From positions 32,257 to 96,256 of the forward strand of contig JAVJVN010000009.1 in assembly GCA_040221055.1 (NCBI GenBank): DNA of 64,000 bases, given 5' to 3'. A program made the translations under genes and the position numbers. This document shows, piece after piece, positions 60,453-64,000 of this stretch. Source of the stretch: Rhodothermales bacterium (GTDB taxonomy: Bacteria; Bacteroidota; Rhodothermia; Rhodothermales; UBA10348). How positions within the stretch are numbered: the first letter of the stretch is position 1; every line of letters starts with the position of its first letter. The notes beneath the pieces were generated by a model. The model did not search any database. It was not told the DNA's origin and saw nothing but the letters and a program-made list of their open reading frames with translations.

Positions 60453-62430
60453 AGGGCGGCAATCGGTACGCATGTACGCTCCGTGTGGGACGGTCGCACG
60501 TCCGGTTCCGACACACCTGCACCGTGCCTTCGGGTAACTCCGAATGGACTGCTTCGGCATTCCATTTCGTCAATTCCCCATGCAGCAGGAACAGGTGAGG
60601 AGCAAACAGGGCCTTGGCATCCTTGTGGACGGTTCCCGTAGCGGGAACCGTGAGCGTCCCGCGTCCGCCCCGTTCCTCGACCAGTACGGACAGGAATCCG
60701 GTGAAGCCGGAAGGTGCCGTCGCTGCCACGCGCAGCAGTGTCCGTTCCAGCGTCGCCCTGATCACATCCAGGGAAGGATCCGGGGACAAGGACTGCAGCA
60801 CGGCAAGATTCCGGAACATGATGGCACTGCCAGACTCGTAGGCTTCATCATGCCATTTCGGAAGCCGGACCGGCATCTGGTCCGATGCCGACATCATGAA
60901 CGTACCCGCATCGCTATCCCACAAGCGTTCAACGGCCTCCTTTGTGAGCCTGCTGGCTTTCTCGAGCCACGACACCTTCCCGGATACCTGGGCCAATTCC
61001 AGATAGCCGTCAATGAGCCAGGCATAATCATCCAACTGGGCCTCGATTCCGGTCTCAGCCATGAATGCACGATGATGGAGGACGGCCCCTCCGTGGAAGC
61101 GTGTCCACAACGCTGCGCCGAGCCGTTCGGCCAAGCCCAGGGCTCGTTCGGACGGAACGAAGCGGGCGGCCGCCGCAAGCGCACCCAGAAGCATCCCGTT
61201 CCAGTCGACGAGGATGTTCTCGTCCCGGAATGGTGCCGTCCGCAAGTCCCGTGCCTCCGCCAGTATGGCCAGGATGTCCGTCAACCTGCTTGAGGGGGCA
61301 CCATTCCCGGGATCCGGTCCACGGGAACGATTCCTGTCCAGGACATGACGACCCGTCGGCCCCACACCCAACTGTTCCGCCGCGAATGCTGCATCCGACG
61401 GAGACAGGACCGAAGTCAATTCCTCCTTCGACCACGTGTAGAAGAGGCCTTCTTGACCGTCACTGTCAGCATCCAGGGCCGCGTAGAACAAGCCTTCAGG
61501 TGTCAGGAACGCGGACTCCAGGAAATCCATGAGTCGACCGATCCGGTCAACCGTGTGCGCTGAACCCGACGCCGCGTGTCGCTCCGAAAGGGTTCGAAGC
61601 AACCCCGCCTGGTCATGGAGCATTTTCTCGAAATGCGGCTCGTGCCAATGGGCGTCGGTGGAATACCTGTGTAACCCCCCTCCAACATGATCATGGATAC
61701 CGCCATTCAACATCCGCTCAAGAGTGTCCGACACCATGGCCGCCGGACGCGGGCCCAAGCGGAGCAGGAACCGGAGGTGTTGGAATGTCGGGAACTTGGG
61801 TGCCCCGCCGAACCCGCCGTTTACTGGATCGAACGATGCGGTCAGGTCCTCAAGTGCGCGTTGCACAAGGCGGTCACCCGCTCCGGGCGACACTTCCGCC
61901 TTCTGTTCCTCCAGCGAAGCGGAGGCCGGTTGCAACCCGGCATGGACCTCAGCAGCCGACGTCCGGAGTGCATCTCGACGGGTGGACCACAGCTGCCCTA
62001 CCCTGTCCAGGACATCCAGGAGCCCCGCCCGTCCCGATGTTGAATACGGAGGCAGATAGGTCGCCGTATAGAACGGCCGGCCGTCCGGAAAGGCGATCAC
62101 CGTCAAAGGCCACCCGCCCTGCCTGCCCATTACCATACAGGCTGTCATGTAGTAGTGGTCCAGGTCGGGGCGTTCCTGCCGGTCAATCTTGATGGACACG
62201 AATCCGGCGTTGAGCCGTCGGGTCACCTCCTCGTTGTCGAAGGTCTCCCGGGACATGACGTGACACCAATGGCACGTTGCGTATCCGATGGAAATGAACA
62301 ACGGAACATCGCGTTCGCGCGCAAGCGCCAGCGCCCTGGAACCCCACTCGTGCCATTCGATGGCCTGATGGGCATGCTGCCGCAGGTACGGACTGGCCGA
62401 CGCACCAAGTCTGTTACCGGCCGGACTCAA
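60436..62430 (-). CDS. Thioredoxin-domain protein of the YyaL/DUF255 family (thioredoxin-like N-domain + six-hairpin glycosidase-like domain)
   Basis: The track start is TTG 62484. A second in-frame TTG at 62430 overlaps the upstream stop (TTGA) and gives (M)SPAGNRLGASASPYLRQHAHQAIEWHEW, the usual family N-terminus. GYATCHWCHVM, IKIDRQERPD. Confidence 0.88.
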   Translation of the reverse strand: MSPAGNRLGASASPYLRQHAHQAIEWHEWGSRALALARERDVPLFISIGYATCHWCHVMSRETFDNEEVTRRLNAGFVSIKIDRQERPDLDHYYMTACMVMGRQGGWPLTVIAFPDGRPFYTATYLPPYSTSGRAGLLDVLDRVGQLWSTRRDALRTSAAEVHAGLQPASASLEEQKAEVSPGAGDRLVQRALEDLTASFDPVNGGFGGAPKFPTFQHLRFLLRLGPRPAAMVSDTLERMLNGGIHDHVGGGLHRYSTDAHWHEPHFEKMLHDQAGLLRTLSERHAASGSAHTVDRIGRLMDFLESAFLTPEGLFYAALDADSDGQEGLFYTWSKEELTSVLSPSDAAFAAEQLGVGPTGRHVLDRNRSRGPDPGNGAPSSRLTDILAILAEARDLRTAPFRDENILVDWNGMLLGALAAAARFVPSERALGLAERLGAALWTRFHGGAVLHHRAFMAETGIEAQLDDYAWLIDGYLELAQVSGKVSWLEKASRLTKEAVERLWDSDAGTFMMSASDQMPVRLPKWHDEAYESGSAIMFRNLAVLQSLSPDPSLDVIRATLERTLLRVAATAPSGFTGFLSVLVEERGGRGTLTVPATGTVHKDAKALFAPHLFLLHGELTKWNAEAVHSELPEGTVQVCRNRTCDRPTRSVHAYRLPPFTTRS

Positions 62431-64000
62431 TAGACCGGGGCGAACATCACCGCGTTCATGAACAAGCGCTGCGTACCCAGCCAATACGCGCGGAAATTGA
62501 GTCGATTGGCGAAAGCTACGACACGTCCTCCTCCGTGCCGTTCCACCATGACCGTTGCGGCACCGGGAAGGGTTGCCAGCCGCTCTTCCGAAACATATCC
62601 ACTCAACAGGGGCGCATCGATGTAGCGTCCAATCAGCGTACCGGGGCCTCCGGTGGATGCCCAGACTTCGGAGTTGTTGTGGAATCCGGGCAGGCGCTTA
62701 CCTATACCCCATGAAAGCGGATGCGTCGCGTCCAATTCCATCTCGAAGATCGTCCCTCCGATTGCCTGGGCTCCCCGCGTGGATGACAATTCATTCCAGG
62801 GTCTTCCTGCCAGCAAGCTGTCCACATCCACCTCCCGCTCTTCCGCGCTCAACAGGCCATTCCGGACCGCCCAACTGGTAGCCCCCGCCATGACGAGCAG
62901 CCGGCCACCGCCCCGAACCCATTGGGTAATCGCTTCAGTTCCGTCGGTATCCAATCCACCACCAGGCAGGACGATCACGGAGTACCGGTCGAGGTTTGCC
63001 CGGGAAACCCGGTCCGGATCCAGCAGCGATGCCGGGATGCGGAATCGTTCGCTGAGGGCATGCCAGGCTTCACCGGCCTGTCCCGAACTGACGCCGGATC
63101 CAGCGATGATGGCCACTACGGGCAGGGACAATCGGTCCACTGAAGGTCCGCCCAGGTCCGGCCCGACGGGGGTCAATTCAGAGGCCACGCCGTGGAACTC
63201 GACGGACCATCGATCAGACAACGACTCCACCAATTGGTCCACCCGGCCGGCCACGTCAACCCCGTCCCTGCGGTATCTCGATACATAGACCGACCCGGGA
63301 GGGAAGGTCACCTGCGCGGTACCATCGAACACGACCACTTCCTGACTGGTTACCCGCGCCTCGATTTCCTGAGCCAGGATTTCGTAGAGCGCTGCGGGAG
63401 CATGGAAACGGTCCCATTTCAACATGTATCCGGTCCCTCCCTTCATTCCCTGCACGCTTCCACCGTCCAAGGGCACTTCGGACACTTCCTGTCCCAACAC
63501 GGATCCCAGACGCTGCACACCGATGAAGTCCACGTTGAAGGCCAGCGGCAAGGTCCAGGTGGAGACATCGTAGAAGAGTGAATCCCTGTACTCCAGCGTG
63601 CGCTCTGTCGCTGCCTTGATCAACCGGTATTGAGGCTGCCGCACGGGCACGACGTAGGCTTCGCCCGGTGCGTACGTCATACCACCGGCATCCACCGTCC
63701 GCGCAAGTTCATGGATCCGGATCCGGTGGCCGGACAGCACCTGGGCAAGCCGCTGTCCACGCGTCCGGTCCTTCTTCAAATCGATCAGCCACGCCTCATG
63801 GCCGTCCCGCTCCGCCCGGGCCAGCGCATCAGCATAGAAATCCCGCTGCATGGCCAACAATCGGGGGCGCATTTCCACGGCGGCTTCGAGCGTGGACAGG
63901 GAGGTCAGGAATTGATTCCGGACCGTGTAGGCGTAATGCAACAGGCCATCGGCCACCTCGCTTTCAAGGGCGCGGGAAGACCCCTGCTCAAACAGGATGC
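62427..64000 (-). CDS. C-terminal about 520 aa of a large protein running off the right edge; probably an M14-peptidase-family protein with a GATase1/DJ-1-like C-terminal domain
   Basis: The track ORF 62427..63956 begins at a GTG, but the frame stays open to base 64000 (…ILFEQGSSRALESEVADGLLHY…). The C-terminal part VAIIAGSGVSSGQAGEAWHALSERF...YSVIVLPGGG...WVRGGGRLLVMAGA looks like a class-I glutamine-amidotransferase-like fold. The peptidase assignment is from memory of similar Bacteroidota proteins and is tentative. Confidence 0.55.
   Translation of the reverse strand, partial: ILFEQGSSRALESEVADGLLHYAYTVRNQFLTSLSTLEAAVEMRPRLLAMQRDFYADALARAERDGHEAWLIDLKKDRTRGQRLAQVLSGHRIRIHELARTVDAGGMTYAPGEAYVVPVRQPQYRLIKAATERTLEYRDSLFYDVSTWTLPLAFNVDFIGVQRLGSVLGQEVSEVPLDGGSVQGMKGGTGYMLKWDRFHAPAALYEILAQEIEARVTSQEVVVFDGTAQVTFPPGSVYVSRYRRDGVDVAGRVDQLVESLSDRWSVEFHGVASELTPVGPDLGGPSVDRLSLPVVAIIAGSGVSSGQAGEAWHALSERFRIPASLLDPDRVSRANLDRYSVIVLPGGGLDTDGTEAITQWVRGGGRLLVMAGATSWAVRNGLLSAEEREVDVDSLLAGRPWNELSSTRGAQAIGGTIFEMELDATHPLSWGIGKRLPGFHNNSEVWASTGGPGTLIGRYIDAPLLSGYVSEERLATLPGAATVMVERHGGGRVVAFANRLNFRAYWLGTQRLFMNAVMFAPVY

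Noticed and set aside
59787-60560. 257-aa minus-strand ORF
   Set aside because: It is antisense to the DUF4097 repeat protein. The repeat periodicity makes sense only in the plus frame.

Overview
GC-rich bacterial chromosomal window (about 55-60% GC by eye, not computed). It is densely packed: about 50 protein genes and 4 tRNAs, with most gaps under 130 nt, and roughly three quarters of the genes on the minus strand. Several features point to a Bacteroidota/Rhodothermota-like lineage (inference): a DUF4835/PorD-like T9SS-associated protein, an ECF sigma + FecR + STN/CarboxypepD_reg TonB-dependent receptor trio, a long type-2 IleRS, a Cys-poor DksA, S46 and M14 peptidases, a GGGP-synthase homologue, and almost no Shine-Dalgarno motifs. 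The content is overwhelmingly housekeeping, organised in tight same-strand chains: parC-parE-(tRNA-Lys), plsY-gpsA-AlbA_2, purM, lepA-hyp-lepB, ileS-dksA-lspA, ybbA-ybbP-yggS-divIVA-PNP divergent from tesA, pntAA-pntAB-pntB, DUF1015-serA-serC, and alaS-GGGPS. I saw no rRNA, CRISPR array, IS element, prophage or recognisable defence system. The only mobile-element hint is an edge-truncated tyrosine recombinase at 1-486 that the ORF track misses because it lists a wrong-frame ORF there. The ORF track starts some ORFs at TTG/GTG and often over-extends N-termini, twice across tRNA genes; I re-picked starts where the sequence allowed. Five loci deserve a second look. (1) A 6.4-kb block of uncharacterised envelope proteins next to PorD (49132-55490). 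(2) An archaeal-type GGGP-synthase homologue translationally coupled to alaS. (3) A 358-aa protein that looks like a tandem, highly diverged YjbQ/UPF0047 duplication. (4) A PadR-coupled orphan duplicated FtsX/MacB permease. (5) An AlbA_2/Schlafen-like gene coupled to gpsA. None of these is demonstrably a novel system from sequence alone.
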